Assembly: GCA_050042805.1 (NCBI GenBank)
Contig: JBHJJI010000110.1
Coordinates: forward strand, 12,672-76,671
Source: Leptolyngbyaceae cyanobacterium
Lineage (GTDB): Bacteria; Cyanobacteriota; Cyanobacteriia; Phormidesmidales; Phormidesmidaceae
DNA length: 64,000 nucleotides
Direction: 5' to 3'
The notes under the pieces are model-generated. The model ran no database searches, was not told where the DNA came from, and saw nothing but the letters and a program-made list of their open reading frames with translations. The position numbers and the translations under genes were made by a program. Below are positions 1 to 10,480 of this stretch, piece after piece; the stretch's first letter is position 1; the number at the start of each line of letters is the position of its first letter.

Positions 1-107
1 ACAAACGCCTCATCAAACCCGATACGGCTGATATCGACGTAGAGCTCGAGCTCTTCGTGGTAGTAAAGCCACGCTTCGTATTTTTGCCAGAGGTCAATTG
101 CATTCAT
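1..107 (-). CDS. pgi: glucose-6-phosphate isomerase, N-terminal part (runs off window)
   Basis: Manual translation [35 protein letters not shown] matches the cyanobacterial Pgi N-terminus; not in ORF track. Confidence 0.85.
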   Translation of the reverse strand, partial: MNAIDLWQKYEAWLYYHEELELYVDISRIGFDEAF

Positions 108-477
108 TGTGGCAAACCTGCTTGCAGGTCAATCTTTCGATCTGATTTAGATACCTCTTGAGCATAGGGGCATCAAGCCCTCGTCTCCCCTAATCTTTCA
201 ATCACCTTTAGAAAGAGGATGAAGGCGGCGGGCGATCGCCGCCTTACCCTGTGCTCGCGTCCAACCTGCTGGCTGCTTTGCTTTCAGCTTTGATGACGTC
301 GCGATTGCTTACTGGCGATAGCGGGCGCTCTCTTTTCACCCCTCAGATGCTGCGTCAAGCCGCCGTCGGGGCCGGGCACTGTCCGGCCCCGACACAACGA
401 TGAAAACCGTTGGAGACGACGCGACGATCAGCCGCCCGCAGGGAGACAGCGCATCCGAGTCCTCAGCCCCAACCAGA

Positions 478-2898
478 TTACGAACAACTGTCGCTGCCCG
501 AGTAAGGCCACTTCCAGTTCGTGATCTCTTCCAGGTCGGTGCCTTCCTCAAACGCATAGGCCAAACATTCAATAATCCGGTTTTTCATGCGTTCTTTGAC
601 ATGGGCCGCCGCCGAACCCAGCTTGGGCACCCGATCGATCACGTCAATCACCAGGTTGAATCGATCCACTTGGTTGCGAATGGCCAGCTCTAGCGGGGTG
701 TTGATATTGCCCTGCTCTTTATAGCCCCGCACGTGAATCCGCTCTTGATTCTTCCGGCGATACACCAGTTTGTGAATCAGCCAGGGATAGCCGTGGAAGT
801 TGAACATAATGGGCTTGTCGGTCGTGAACAGCGAATTAAAGTCGCGATCGCTCAAACCATGGGGATGCTCCGTCTCCGACACTAGGGTAAAGAGATCGAC
901 CACATTGACAAAGCGCACCTTCAAGTAGGGAAACTCTTCCCGCAGAATGGCGGTCGCCGCCAGCGACTCGGCTGTGGGAATGTCGCCACAGCAAGCCATG
1001 ACCACATCAGGAATATCGGGTTCCGTGCCGCAATCGTCATTGCTGGCCCAATCCCAAATGCCAATGCCCTTCGTACAGTGCTTAACCGCCTCATCCATTG
1101 ACAAATATTGCAGATGCTTCTGCTTGTCCGACACGATGACGTTGATATAGTCCACGCTGCGGAAGCAGTGATCCGCGACAGACAGCAAGCAGTTGGCATC
1201 CGGGGGGAAGTAAACCCTCACCACATCGGGACTCTTGTTGGTCACCAAATCCACATAGCCCGGATCTTGGTGGCTACAGCCGTTGTGGTCTTGCCGCCAG
1301 ACCAGCGACGACAACAGGATGTTGAGCGAAGAAACCGATCGCCGCCAGGGCACATGATTCTTACAAATATCTAACCACTTGGCATGTTGGTTAAACATCG
1401 AGTCCACCACGTGGACAAACGCCTCGTAGGTGTGGAACAGGCCATGGCGTCCGGTCAGCAGATAGCCCTCGAGCCAGCCTTGCAGCGTGTGCTCGCTCAG
1501 CATCTCCATGACTCGGCCGTCGCGAGACAATTCACTGCCGTCTAAGTCTTCGGGGTACATATCCGCCATCCAAACTTTTTTGGTGACTTCATACACCGCA
1601 CTCAACCGGTTCGAGGCCGTCTCATCTGGCCCCATCAGGCGGAAGTTATCGAGGTTATCGCGCATAATGTCGCGCATCAAATAGCCCAGCACCTTGGTGT
1701 TTTCAAACTCGACGGTGCCATGTTGAGGAATCTCGATCGCATAGTCCCGAAAGTCTGGCAGCCTGAGCTCGCGGCGCAGCAGTCCGCCATTGGCGTTGGG
1801 GTTAGCGCTCATGCGGCGATTGCCCACCGGCGACAGCTCCTGAAGTTCTGGCAACAGCTTGCCATTCTCATCGAAGAATTCTTCCGGACGATAGCTCTTC
1901 ATCCACTCTTCGAGGAGACGCAAATGCTCAGGATTGCTGTGCATTCCCCCCATCGGCACTTGGTGCGATCGCCAAAAGCCTTCGACCTTGTGACCATCGA
2001 CTTCCTGCGGCCCCGTCCAGCCTTTGGGGGTTCTGAGGATGATCAGCGGCCAGCGGGGTCGCTCCGCATTGCCGCTGTTGCGACATTCTTGCTGAATAGC
2101 GCGAATGTCGTTGACGCACAGCTCCATCGTGGCGGCCATCTTTTGGTGCATCTCAGCTGGGTCATGACCCTCGACGAAATAAGGCGTGTAGCCATACCCC
2201 CGGAAGAGAAACTCCAACTCTTCGTGGGAGATGCGGGCCAAAATCGTCGGGTTCGCAATCTTATAGCCATTGAGGTTGAGAACCGGCAGCACGGCCCCAT
2301 CACGAATCGGATTGATGAATTTATTCGAGTGCCAAGCCGTTGCCAGCGGCCCGGTTTCAGATTCGCCGTCGCCCACTACACAGGTGACAATCAGGTCGGG
2401 ATTGTCGAGCACGGCCCCATAGGCGTGGGAAACGCTATAGCCTAATTCGCCCCCTTCATGGATTGAGCCTGGCGTCTCGGGGGTGACGTGGCTGCCAATG
2501 TGACCGGGAAAGGAGAACTGCTTGAAGAACTTCTGCATCCCCTGCTCATCGAAGGTCTTGTCGGGATAAAACTCCGAGTAGGTGCCTTCGAGATACACCG
2601 GCCCGAGCACTCCCGGTGCCCCGTGACCTGGCCCCGCCATGAAGATCATGTCAAGGTCATACTTTTTGATCAGGCGGTTGCAGTGCAGATAGGTGAAGCT
2701 TAGAGCTGGAGACGCACCCCAGTGCCCCAGCAAGCGGTGCTTGACGTGCTCAGCCTTGAGGGGCTCCTTCAACAAGGGGTTCTCCCTCAGATAAATCATG
2801 CCCACAGCAAGATAGTGACAGGCTCGCCAGTAGGCGTCGATTTTTCGTAATTCTTCGTCTGACAAGGGCTTTGTCTGAGGAAAAGACGCAGTTACCAT
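478..2898 (-). CDS. xfp: phosphoketolase (XFP family)
   Basis: [23 protein letters not shown] (TPP binding), [12 protein letters not shown] motifs; probable start at ATG 2898 (MVTASF). Confidence 0.95.
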   Translation of the reverse strand: MVTASFPQTKPLSDEELRKIDAYWRACHYLAVGMIYLRENPLLKEPLKAEHVKHRLLGHWGASPALSFTYLHCNRLIKKYDLDMIFMAGPGHGAPGVLGPVYLEGTYSEFYPDKTFDEQGMQKFFKQFSFPGHIGSHVTPETPGSIHEGGELGYSVSHAYGAVLDNPDLIVTCVVGDGESETGPLATAWHSNKFINPIRDGAVLPVLNLNGYKIANPTILARISHEELEFLFRGYGYTPYFVEGHDPAEMHQKMAATMELCVNDIRAIQQECRNSGNAERPRWPLIILRTPKGWTGPQEVDGHKVEGFWRSHQVPMGGMHSNPEHLRLLEEWMKSYRPEEFFDENGKLLPELQELSPVGNRRMSANPNANGGLLRRELRLPDFRDYAIEIPQHGTVEFENTKVLGYLMRDIMRDNLDNFRLMGPDETASNRLSAVYEVTKKVWMADMYPEDLDGSELSRDGRVMEMLSEHTLQGWLEGYLLTGRHGLFHTYEAFVHVVDSMFNQHAKWLDICKNHVPWRRSVSSLNILLSSLVWRQDHNGCSHQDPGYVDLVTNKSPDVVRVYFPPDANCLLSVADHCFRSVDYINVIVSDKQKHLQYLSMDEAVKHCTKGIGIWDWASNDDCGTEPDIPDVVMACCGDIPTAESLAATAILREEFPYLKVRFVNVVDLFTLVSETEHPHGLSDRDFNSLFTTDKPIMFNFHGYPWLIHKLVYRRKNQERIHVRGYKEQGNINTPLELAIRNQVDRFNLVIDVIDRVPKLGSAAAHVKERMKNRIIECLAYAFEEGTDLEEITNWKWPYSGSDSCS

Positions 2899-2974
2899 GG
2901 TGCTAAAGCTCCAAACATGATGGCTCAGAAAACAAGGCCTGTTCAAACGGCCAAGGTCACGTTCATTAAAGTAG

Positions 2975-3015
2975 ACCCTAAACGGATGGATTTAAATTTT
3001 GGTTATGGAAACTAC
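2975..3015 (-). promoter_or_regulatory. possible NtcA-type promoter of xfp
   Basis: Minus strand GTA-N8-AAC (3015-3002) followed after 21 nt by TAGGGT (TAN3T); one mismatch to GTAN8TAC. Confidence 0.3.
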
Positions 3016-3815
3016 ATTTAGTCGATAATGTCGGCAATTCATTAATTTCCAGCCATTGAAGCTTAATCCCAAACCCACAATTTAAGTGCTTCAAAAATTA
3101 ATGATCACTTAAGTTTCTGCCGCCAAAAACGAGTCATTCTATTCAAGTTATTGCTCGCAGTCTATGCTGTACTGACGGTGTCCTGAGGCTTCGGCCTTTG
3201 TCAAGCCTTCCCTGGACAACGGGTGCCCAGACTGACCTGCCATGCCCATACAACTTTCCACTACAAGTCATTTATAGAAATCTATGTCGAAAATTAATCT
3301 TTCTATTGATTAAATATTTCGTCAAATTCCATTCAGTTGGTCCAGATTCGAGTGAAAAAATAATCTCATTCAGAAGTTTAAGTTGCCCTCAGAAAAATTG
3401 CGGCGGGCATGAGATTTCATCGATCGCTGGGCGCAACTCCTAAACGTCTGGCAAATTCATTTAAAGCTGTCGGTAATGAGGTGTCGTCGGCGTATTTCTC
3501 CAGCTTGCACCCCCAAAATGCTCGCACAACACCCTGACTCCTCACCCTTTGCCCCTCACCCACTCAGACATCACCCTGCTTCCTCCCAACGCCACTGGTT
3601 TGATGGCCATCCTGGCCGTCCGCTTCGCTTCAGCCAGCGAGAAGCCGATCTTTCGGCAGTCTGGTGGGTTTGGGCAGGCTAGGAAGCCTACCCAACGAGG
3701 GTTTTGATCACGCTCGGGTCTTGTGGAAAAGACTATCGCCCCTCCTCAATCGGCAAGAACCCCACCTCAAAGGCACTCGGCGATCGCGGCTACGCCACCA
3801 TGGCTGAAGTCGCCT

Positions 3816-3904
3816 TATACCGATGCTCTCAAACCAGTCTACAGATCTGGCTCCCCGGCATTGCCAAGATGGCATCGGGACTCTGATCACTGAGAGTTGG
3901 TATA
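3816..3904 (-). mobile_element. MITE-like element, family A copy 1
   Basis: Ends TATACCGATGCTC / GAGAGTTGGTATA; interior matches copies at 10649, 28187, 31910, 37764, 47569, 51867, 53556. Confidence 0.8.
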
Positions 3905-4005
3905 GCAGAAGTCGGAATGAAGAAGTCGGAAGTCAGAATTAAAAGACTGATCTGAGGGTGATTTCAGGCATTCGAGGTGACCTGATCAAACTGCGGCTTG
4001 CCACA
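3901..4005 (+). mobile_element. miniature repeat element, family B copy 1
   Basis: 105 bp, colinear and near-identical with 50696-50800; TATAGC...GC(T/C)A(T/C)A ends; internal GAAGTCG heptamers. Confidence 0.8.
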
Positions 4006-4007
4006 TT

Positions 4008-4130
4008 AGAGTATGCCAAGAAATAACGTGTCCAAGAACCCGGTTTCTATGAAAAACTCGCTGCAGAGTGTGGACTTGTTCCCAGAAACCGGGTTCTTCA
4101 GGTGGGATATTTCTTATTTTGGATTACTCT
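4008..4130. repeat. palindromic miniature element, family C
   Basis: Terminal IR AGAGTA..CCAA / TTGGATTACTCT; perfect internal 15-bp IR AAGAACCCGGTTTCT (4034-4048) / AGAAACCGGGTTCTT (4084-4098). Confidence 0.7.
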
Positions 4131-4148
4131 TAGACGGCTCACCCCCCG

Positions 4149-5696
4149 TCAAGTTTTCTGATAAATCTCTCGGGTGCCTTGCTTGGCGACTAGCGTGTAT
4201 TGCTCCTGCAGATGATGGGCAAATACGCTCCAGACGGCCTTCTCGTTGCGTAAATACCAAGGAATACCGCTTTTCTTGACGATAAAATCTGGTTTCAAGG
4301 CCAAAATTTTATTCATTTCGGATTGCGGCGTGGGTGCCACATCCGATGAGCAGAAAGGTAACAGAGAGGCTCTCACAACATTAGACGGATGGGTGCTGCA
4401 AGGCGTGATGGGTGGCGCATTGATCAGCCAGTAGACCAGGTGATCGGTCATCATATAGACCGATTCGTCCGATCGCCTGTGTTCTATTAGGTAGGTTGCG
4501 GTTTTGTAGGACAGGTTGGACTGTAGCAGCCCATGGGGCGAGTCCATCTTGTCTAATAGATCGGAATAGTCTGCAATCACAGACGAGGTTAATGAGAAAA
4601 ACAGCACGGTAGTAGTCGCCATTGTCCCCACAGTTGAGAGACTCAATCTTTTGCAGTCAGGCTTAAAAGTCGCCAACATGATGACCAAAAGAATACTCAA
4701 AAACGGCACTAACTGAATCAGGTAATGATTTTGCAGCGATCCCCCTCGCAACATTGAGAGCGCTATCGTGGCTAGAAAGAGCAGGGTAACGCCGCCAAGG
4801 TGATCTGGTGATGATAGGGGTGATTTTGACACCTGCACCAGTGCATATATCAGGCCAAAAAGTGGGATCAGCCATCCCCAAGTATGAGCCAACAGTAACC
4901 AAGATAGACTCCAATTTGGGATTTGAATATTCACGACTTGAGCGCTGGCATAACTGACAGGGGCTAAAATGACTGCCCGCCACCACACGCCAATTTTTCC
5001 GGCCCAAGCATAGGGAATTATCGTCAGCAAAAAGCAGGTGACATGCCCTAAGACATAAGCGCTCTGCTGATAAAACATCACCGCTAAAGGCAGTTTTTGC
5101 CGCCAAGAAACCAGGAGTAAAAGCAGTCCACAGCCCAAAGAAACGTATAACAGATTGAGTCGAATGAGGGAGGCGATCGCGAGCAGTGCGCCGATGCCAA
5201 AAGTCTTAGAAATCCCCGGCTTGGGATTGGTCACGACCCAATAGAACGCAACACTGATGGGCACTAAGGCCACGATTTCGCTCATGGTGGCCTGGCCTGT
5301 CGGGATCTGACCCACCATGAAAACAGACAACAAGCTCGCCACCCAGCCTAGCTTTCGGCCATAACGCTTGACCACCGTTAGAAAAACACAGAAGGCCATC
5401 GCTGTCACGCACAAGGTGCCGGCAAACCTGACGGCAGTGATGCTCTGGCCAAACATCATCATAAAAAGTGAATAGCTAAAAAAGGCGATCGGGGGTTTTA
5501 GATCCCAGAATTCACCATAGGGAAGATGGCCGTCGAGAATCGAGCCACCCATCACAATGAAGGCGCTCTCATCCCAATTAATGACATCTTTGAAATAATA
5601 CGGAAACCGCAGAAATAAAGCGAAAGCAAAAAGTAAGAGTAATACAACGAAGTGATTGTCGGAAGAGTACTGTTTGCCCGAAATTCCCGATTTCAC
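4149..5696 (-). CDS. integral membrane glycosyltransferase, GT-C fold (ArnT/PMT-like)
   Basis: WDE motif after TM1, WDLKPP loop, many TM helices, HYLIQLVPF motif. Confidence 0.75.
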   Translation of the reverse strand: MKSGISGKQYSSDNHFVVLLLLFAFALFLRFPYYFKDVINWDESAFIVMGGSILDGHLPYGEFWDLKPPIAFFSYSLFMMMFGQSITAVRFAGTLCVTAMAFCVFLTVVKRYGRKLGWVASLLSVFMVGQIPTGQATMSEIVALVPISVAFYWVVTNPKPGISKTFGIGALLAIASLIRLNLLYVSLGCGLLLLLVSWRQKLPLAVMFYQQSAYVLGHVTCFLLTIIPYAWAGKIGVWWRAVILAPVSYASAQVVNIQIPNWSLSWLLLAHTWGWLIPLFGLIYALVQVSKSPLSSPDHLGGVTLLFLATIALSMLRGGSLQNHYLIQLVPFLSILLVIMLATFKPDCKRLSLSTVGTMATTTVLFFSLTSSVIADYSDLLDKMDSPHGLLQSNLSYKTATYLIEHRRSDESVYMMTDHLVYWLINAPPITPCSTHPSNVVRASLLPFCSSDVAPTPQSEMNKILALKPDFIVKKSGIPWYLRNEKAVWSVFAHHLQEQYTLVAKQGTREIYQKT

Positions 5697-6360
5697 AATG
5701 TCAGTCTTTTCATCAAAAGCCTCTAGTTTTATCTGACTGGTGGCCGAGCTGAAGTGTCTTCCTAAAGACAGTCCTGTTTTTGTTAAGGATATCTATGCCT
5801 GTCAAAACAAAGCGCGTTGATGAGGCGTTCGTGAGATCGCAGGTTTCAGCAAAGTTCATACCGAAAAAACCATCTTTTTGGAATTGAGACCTCAAATAAC
5901 AACTCTAGGCACTCTAGTCGGAAAATCGAGAATTATTTTTTATGCACGTAGCGAATTGATATCTTTGCTGAATACCTTAACAGGTCTAGGTGATGATTGA
6001 CTTAATCTTTAAGGCTGTTGGGCATCAGCAAGAAAGTCTATATTCTTGTTATCAATATAGACTTCTCTCTAGTGCAAAAGTGATGCCAATAATTAATTTC
6101 TCGAACGTATCCTGAAGTTTTAAGCTGTTAAAACTTGCGATCCCAGAATCTTTGGCATTTTGACGGTTTCGGGTGGTGTGAGGCTACAAATGATATTAGA
6201 TTTAGCCTCTTTGTCTGTTTAGCCATCGCGGTTGCATCGTCGGACATGGCAAGTTACGCACAGAGAAAATGCATCTTTAGAACGTATTTTCAGGATTGCA
6301 AGTTCTTAAATTGCAATGCTATGTCTGTACCCCACGAAAGCAAGAAACACAGTGTCTTGA

Positions 6361-7809
6361 TCAACTCAGGGAGGTCGCGCGCGGCTGCAGTCGCTCGGCC
6401 ACCCCCGGATCATGGGAAGTGAAAATCAGCGTGCCGCCCTGCTGGGTAAAGGTTGTCAGAACATTGAGCATCCACTCTAGAGAGGTGGGATCTTGACCCA
6501 CCATGATCTCGTCCAATAGACAGATTTGTGGCTGCCGGGCCAGCACGGCCCCCAGCGCCAAGCGTCGTTTTTGCCCCTGCGACAGTGCTTGCGGATGGCG
6601 ATCGGCACAGTGGCTGAGATTGAGCTGTTCTAACCATTGTCGGGCCTGGGCCGGGGCCACCTTGGACTGCTGAATCTCAGCCTCAACGCTGTCGGCAAAG
6701 AGCTGATGATTGGGGTTTTGCAGCACAAACCCGACGGTTCGAGCAATCTGCACCACGTTTTGCCCTGTGACATCCTGCCCGAGAATTTTGAGCTGGCCCG
6801 TGGCGGGTTTGAGTAACCCACTGAGCAGTCTGAGCAGGGTGGTTTTGCCGCAGCCGTTATCGCCCTGCAGCAGCACCGTATCGCCGTTCTCAACCTGCAG
6901 GTCAGGAAAGGGCGGGTAGCCGCCCCAACTCAGTTGATGGGTTTGCAAAACCAGTCTGCCCGGTGATGTCTCTGGCGGTGGGTGTAGCGGCTTAGAGGCT
7001 GTTTCTGTTGCCCTGACTGTCCCAGTGAAGGGGTTCTGGGCTGTGGCCTCGACGGTTGCAGGCGTGAAGGACTTGAGGGCTGACACGGCAATGGGACGAA
7101 CCTCACCCGCTTCAATCCGATAGGCGCGATCGCACAGCCCCCGCACTAATTCCAGGCGATGTTCGATCAGCAACACGGCCTGTCCCTGTTGCACCTGTTT
7201 TTGTAAGCACTCTAGGAGGTGCTGCACGCCAGCGGCATCTAAAAAGGCAAAGGGCTCATCCAAGAGCAGCAGATCGGGCTGCCGGGTTAACAAACAGGCC
7301 AGCAACAGGCGTTGCTTTTGGCCCGCTGAGAGTTGGCGAATCGTCCAGGCTTGCTGCTCAACGAGGTCAAATTCCGTTAGCGCTGTCTGCGCTAGGGCCT
7401 GGATCTCACCGGGCGGTAGGTTCCAATTTTCCAGACCAAAGACCACCTCTTCCCACACCTGATCGGTAAACAGCTGAGTCTCGACGTTTTGCAACATCAT
7501 GCCCATCAGCTGCGATCGCTGGCGCACTGACCAGGCTGTCAGGTCTTGGCCGCGACTCCCAATCTGTCCGGATAATTTACCCCCAGTATGCTCCGGTGCA
7601 ATGCCGGTAATGCAGTTCAGCAGGGTACTTTTGCCACTGCCCGTCGCGCCTGACAGCACCACTAATTCCCCAGCCTGCAGAGTCAGATTGACCGTTTTTA
7701 GGGTTAGCGCTGTTTGCCCGACATGGGTAAAGCTGAGGTCAACCACCTCTAAAACTGTTTCTGAGGCGTCTTCAACGCTCCCCGTTATCGCCGTGTTCCA
7801 CCCAGTCAT
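6361..7809 (-). CDS. ECF transporter ATPase, fused double ABC domain
   Basis: Two Walker A (GATGSGKS, GDNGCGKT), signatures LSAGQKQR and LSQGQKRR, LLDE Walker B; start probably ATG 7809. Confidence 0.9.
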   Translation of the reverse strand: MTGWNTAITGSVEDASETVLEVVDLSFTHVGQTALTLKTVNLTLQAGELVVLSGATGSGKSTLLNCITGIAPEHTGGKLSGQIGSRGQDLTAWSVRQRSQLMGMMLQNVETQLFTDQVWEEVVFGLENWNLPPGEIQALAQTALTEFDLVEQQAWTIRQLSAGQKQRLLLACLLTRQPDLLLLDEPFAFLDAAGVQHLLECLQKQVQQGQAVLLIEHRLELVRGLCDRAYRIEAGEVRPIAVSALKSFTPATVEATAQNPFTGTVRATETASKPLHPPPETSPGRLVLQTHQLSWGGYPPFPDLQVENGDTVLLQGDNGCGKTTLLRLLSGLLKPATGQLKILGQDVTGQNVVQIARTVGFVLQNPNHQLFADSVEAEIQQSKVAPAQARQWLEQLNLSHCADRHPQALSQGQKRRLALGAVLARQPQICLLDEIMVGQDPTSLEWMLNVLTTFTQQGGTLIFTSHDPGVAERLQPRATSLS

Positions 7810-7817
7810 GCCCGTGA

Positions 7818-8516
7818 CTAACGCACCCACTCTAAATAGCCAACCACTCCCAACCACAGAGCAACCACCCCGCAAAACAGCGTATCGATGTGCTGCCAGC
7901 GTAGGGGTTGACTGCAGCTACGCGGGGCTTCCGGGTCATAGCCTCGGGTTTGTAACCCGACTGTGACCTCATCGGCATAGGTCACCATTTGAAATACGAG
8001 AGGCACCATCAAGCCAGAGAACCACTGCCGGGGCTGACGACTGAGATCAATCCCGCGCAGCTGGTTGGCTTCCCAAATACGCTGCAGCTCTTGCTGAATT
8101 AACGGAAAAAAGCGCCAGATAATCATCAAGCTGAGGGTTAAGAAGCTCGGCAACCGCAGCGCCTGCAAGGCCCGAATCAGCGCTGACGGCGGAGTGGTCA
8201 GCGCTAACACCGGCGCTGGCAGCACAATCGCCAATAGTCGTAGGGTACTGAAGACCGCTTTGGGCCAATCGCCCGAGAGCCAGGCCGAAGAGAGCGCAAA
8301 TATCGTTAAGGTCAGCACTCCGTATAACAGCCCAACGAGACGAATTCGGAGCTGAGCCGTCAAGAGCAATAGTCCCCCCACTAAAACTGCCATGGCAGGC
8401 AATTTTTGGAGACACAGCGCGACCACCATGAGTCCAACACTAAGCCCGATTTTGAGCACCGGGTTGATCGGTGCCAACCCGCTGAGAGACGTTCTAGAGA
8501 GCTTAGCTATCGGCAT
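7818..8516 (-). CDS. ECF transporter transmembrane T component (CbiQ/EcfT)
   Basis: RFFPLI, ANQLRG and LQTRGY coupling motifs; ATG 8516 overlaps the upstream stop. Confidence 0.9.
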   Translation of the reverse strand: MPIAKLSRTSLSGLAPINPVLKIGLSVGLMVVALCLQKLPAMAVLVGGLLLLTAQLRIRLVGLLYGVLTLTIFALSSAWLSGDWPKAVFSTLRLLAIVLPAPVLALTTPPSALIRALQALRLPSFLTLSLMIIWRFFPLIQQELQRIWEANQLRGIDLSRQPRQWFSGLMVPLVFQMVTYADEVTVGLQTRGYDPEAPRSCSQPLRWQHIDTLFCGVVALWLGVVGYLEWVR

Positions 8517-9045
8517 CCAGCTTGCCTGCGCGCCGCAGTTGGGACACGATTTTCTCCCCGAGCCACCAGCCGATCGCGCCGGTAACGGCGGCGGCGATCG
8601 CCAACCCGACAATCAGCCAGGGCTTAGTCAAGAGTTCCGCAAAGACACCGCCCACCATCAACGCCGCACTGGGCAAGCCGATCGCGATCGCGCTGGCAAA
8701 AAAGACGACGTTGCCCAGCAAGCGATTGGCTTTGGGCCGATAGTTGCCCCGCAGATACACCACTGCTTCGGTCACAAATACGGTCAAGACCAGGTAAAGG
8801 GTAATGGCTGGCGAGAGCGGCGCTAACAACAGCGCTAGGGGAATAATCATCAGCGCCACACTCCCCCGCCGTTGCAATCGCGCCATTCCCAAGGTCAAAA
8901 AGATCCCCCCAAAGGGAGCCCAGGCCACTAATTGTAGAAACGGGACGGGCACTAGCGGCCCAATTACAAAGATTGATGCCACCATGCCAATGGTCATAAA
9001 GGCGGCAAACACGTAGTCTCGTAAACTCCAAGGACTTTTCATCAT
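8503..9045 (-). CDS. ECF transporter S (substrate-binding) component
   Basis: About 180 aa, about 6 TM helices, C-terminal LRRAGKL, first gene of an S-T-AA operon. Confidence 0.8.
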   Translation of the reverse strand: MMKSPWSLRDYVFAAFMTIGMVASIFVIGPLVPVPFLQLVAWAPFGGIFLTLGMARLQRRGSVALMIIPLALLLAPLSPAITLYLVLTVFVTEAVVYLRGNYRPKANRLLGNVVFFASAIAIGLPSAALMVGGVFAELLTKPWLIVGLAIAAAVTGAIGWWLGEKIVSQLRRAGKLDADS

Positions 9046-9047
9046 CA

Positions 9048-9161
9048 GAACTTAAATAGAACTTAAATCGCCTCAGGCTCAAGTCATCATCTCGGGTCTG
9101 TCATCATTTAGCCGATAGCATTTAGCCGATAGTCTGATGGCTAGTGCGTCTGGTGGCTAGT
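9048..9161. repeat. cluster of short tandem duplications
   Basis: GAACTTAAAT x2, CATTTAGCCGATAG x2 (9105-9132), TCTGRTGGCTAGT x2 (9133-9161). Confidence 0.7.
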
Positions 9162-9405
9162 ACTCCACGGCAGAAGTAAGACGCACTTTCAGGTGCTCTG
9201 GCCCCCTGGCCCCCGTTTCCCTAGCCATCGGCAAGGGGTGGGTAAAATCGCGCCGCAGTCTACATAGTGACTTGCCTCCAGCCCCGAGCTAATTTGCTGG
9301 AGGTGGGCGCTGGCAGGCCTCGTCTCAACGTTCTTAGCAGTTAGGTGATGATGGCTCTCCTTGACTTAGTGTGGAACAAGGCTAGATGGAAGCTTAAAAC
9401 CTTTG

Positions 9406-9430
9406 TTTTGTGTCCTAGCGGGGCACAAAA
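9406..9430. terminator. hairpin downstream of the 62-aa ORF
   Basis: TTTTGTGTCC-TAGCG-GGGCACAAAA inverted repeat. Confidence 0.45.
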
Positions 9431-9463
9431 TCACATGAACCCAGGGAGAGCCGTGATCGTGCC

Positions 9464-9652
9464 CTAAGAGGCCAAATGTTTCAAGCGATATCGCTTTAAC
9501 TCAGCATTGAGCTTGGCACAGGCAGTCAAATATTGACAGTCTTCTCGTTTACGAATCCAAGCAACCAGATCTGAATAGCTGGCCTGTTGGCGGATTAATA
9601 CGTGCAGTTCATCCATGTTTTTCTGCCAATTCAAAACTTTAGCGAACGCCAT
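9464..9652 (-). CDS. small hypothetical protein
   Basis: 62-aa ATG ORF, helical composition, followed by hairpin, divergent from XRE gene. Confidence 0.55.
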   Translation of the reverse strand: MAFAKVLNWQKNMDELHVLIRQQASYSDLVAWIRKREDCQYLTACAKLNAELKRYRLKHLAS

Positions 9653-10063
9653 CTTGGCACCATCAAGAGACTTTTAGAGACGTCGTTTCAGGACATCACT
9701 CTAACCGATTCTTAGCCATCTGGAGCGGAGCATTCATCCCGATACCAGTCTTGGCATGCCAGCCAGGGTCGGGAACTCAGGGGCAGACCTTTAGCACAAG
9801 AGCGGTTTCAGGGCGATCGCAGCGATGATTGTTAGAGTTTCCTTACAGGCGTAAACATTCGCTAACAATCCCTGTAGTCTTAGTGTTTAAGTGCCAAATA
9901 GGCTAGGCCTTTCATCATGCTCGGGTTTCCCTCAAGAGACTCGGTTAATGGTGCTAAAGCCTGGGCAATTCAGTGAACGGCTTCGATGCCTTTCCTGAAA
10001 TTGCTATCCTAAGCGGCGACTTTCTTTTAAGTCATTTTTATTAATTTAATTTTTGTTAGCAAG

Positions 10064-10480
10064 ATGCCCCCGAGGCTTCAAATTACCCCCGAAGATTGCT
10101 CGCCATTGGGGCGGATGATCCTTAAGTATCTAGAGGCTGAAGGGCTCAGTATGAACCGCCTGGCTGATTTGTCAGGGGTCGCTCAGCCTCGGCTTAGAGG
10201 CGCTTGCCTCAAAGGTACCTGTCCGACACCAGAAACCCTGAGAAAATTGGCCCGAGTCATGGGCATGCATCATCTGGAACTGTATACCCTGGCCTATGAA
10301 GGACGTTTCGAAACGAGTCCGATTGAAGGCGAACCCTACACGCTGAATACGCTTGTGCGAGAACTGTTCGAAACTGCCCGAGAAATGGGACTGACTGCCC
10401 CGAAGTCGGCCCCGTCCAAGTCGCAACTCTGCAAAGCCTTGATTGAATTAGGTTTCTTTCCCAATCAAGAGCAGGCTTGA
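10064..10480 (+). CDS. XRE-family helix-turn-helix transcriptional regulator
   Basis: GLSMNRLADLSGVAQPRL...PTPETLRKLARVMG is a Cro/C1-type HTH. Confidence 0.8.
   Translation: MPPRLQITPEDCSPLGRMILKYLEAEGLSMNRLADLSGVAQPRLRGACLKGTCPTPETLRKLARVMGMHHLELYTLAYEGRFETSPIEGEPYTLNTLVRELFETAREMGLTAPKSAPSKSQLCKALIELGFFPNQEQA

Noticed and set aside
3537-3560. ACTCCTCACCC as the Yfr1 sRNA gene
   Set aside because: Mismatch to ACTCCTCACAC and no flanking hairpins or terminator
9045-9460. TPP, cobalamin or glycine riboswitch ahead of the ECF operon
   Set aside because: Only isolated fragments (GGAGAG, CCTGCC, CTTTCAGG) in wrong order or strand; no complete core motif
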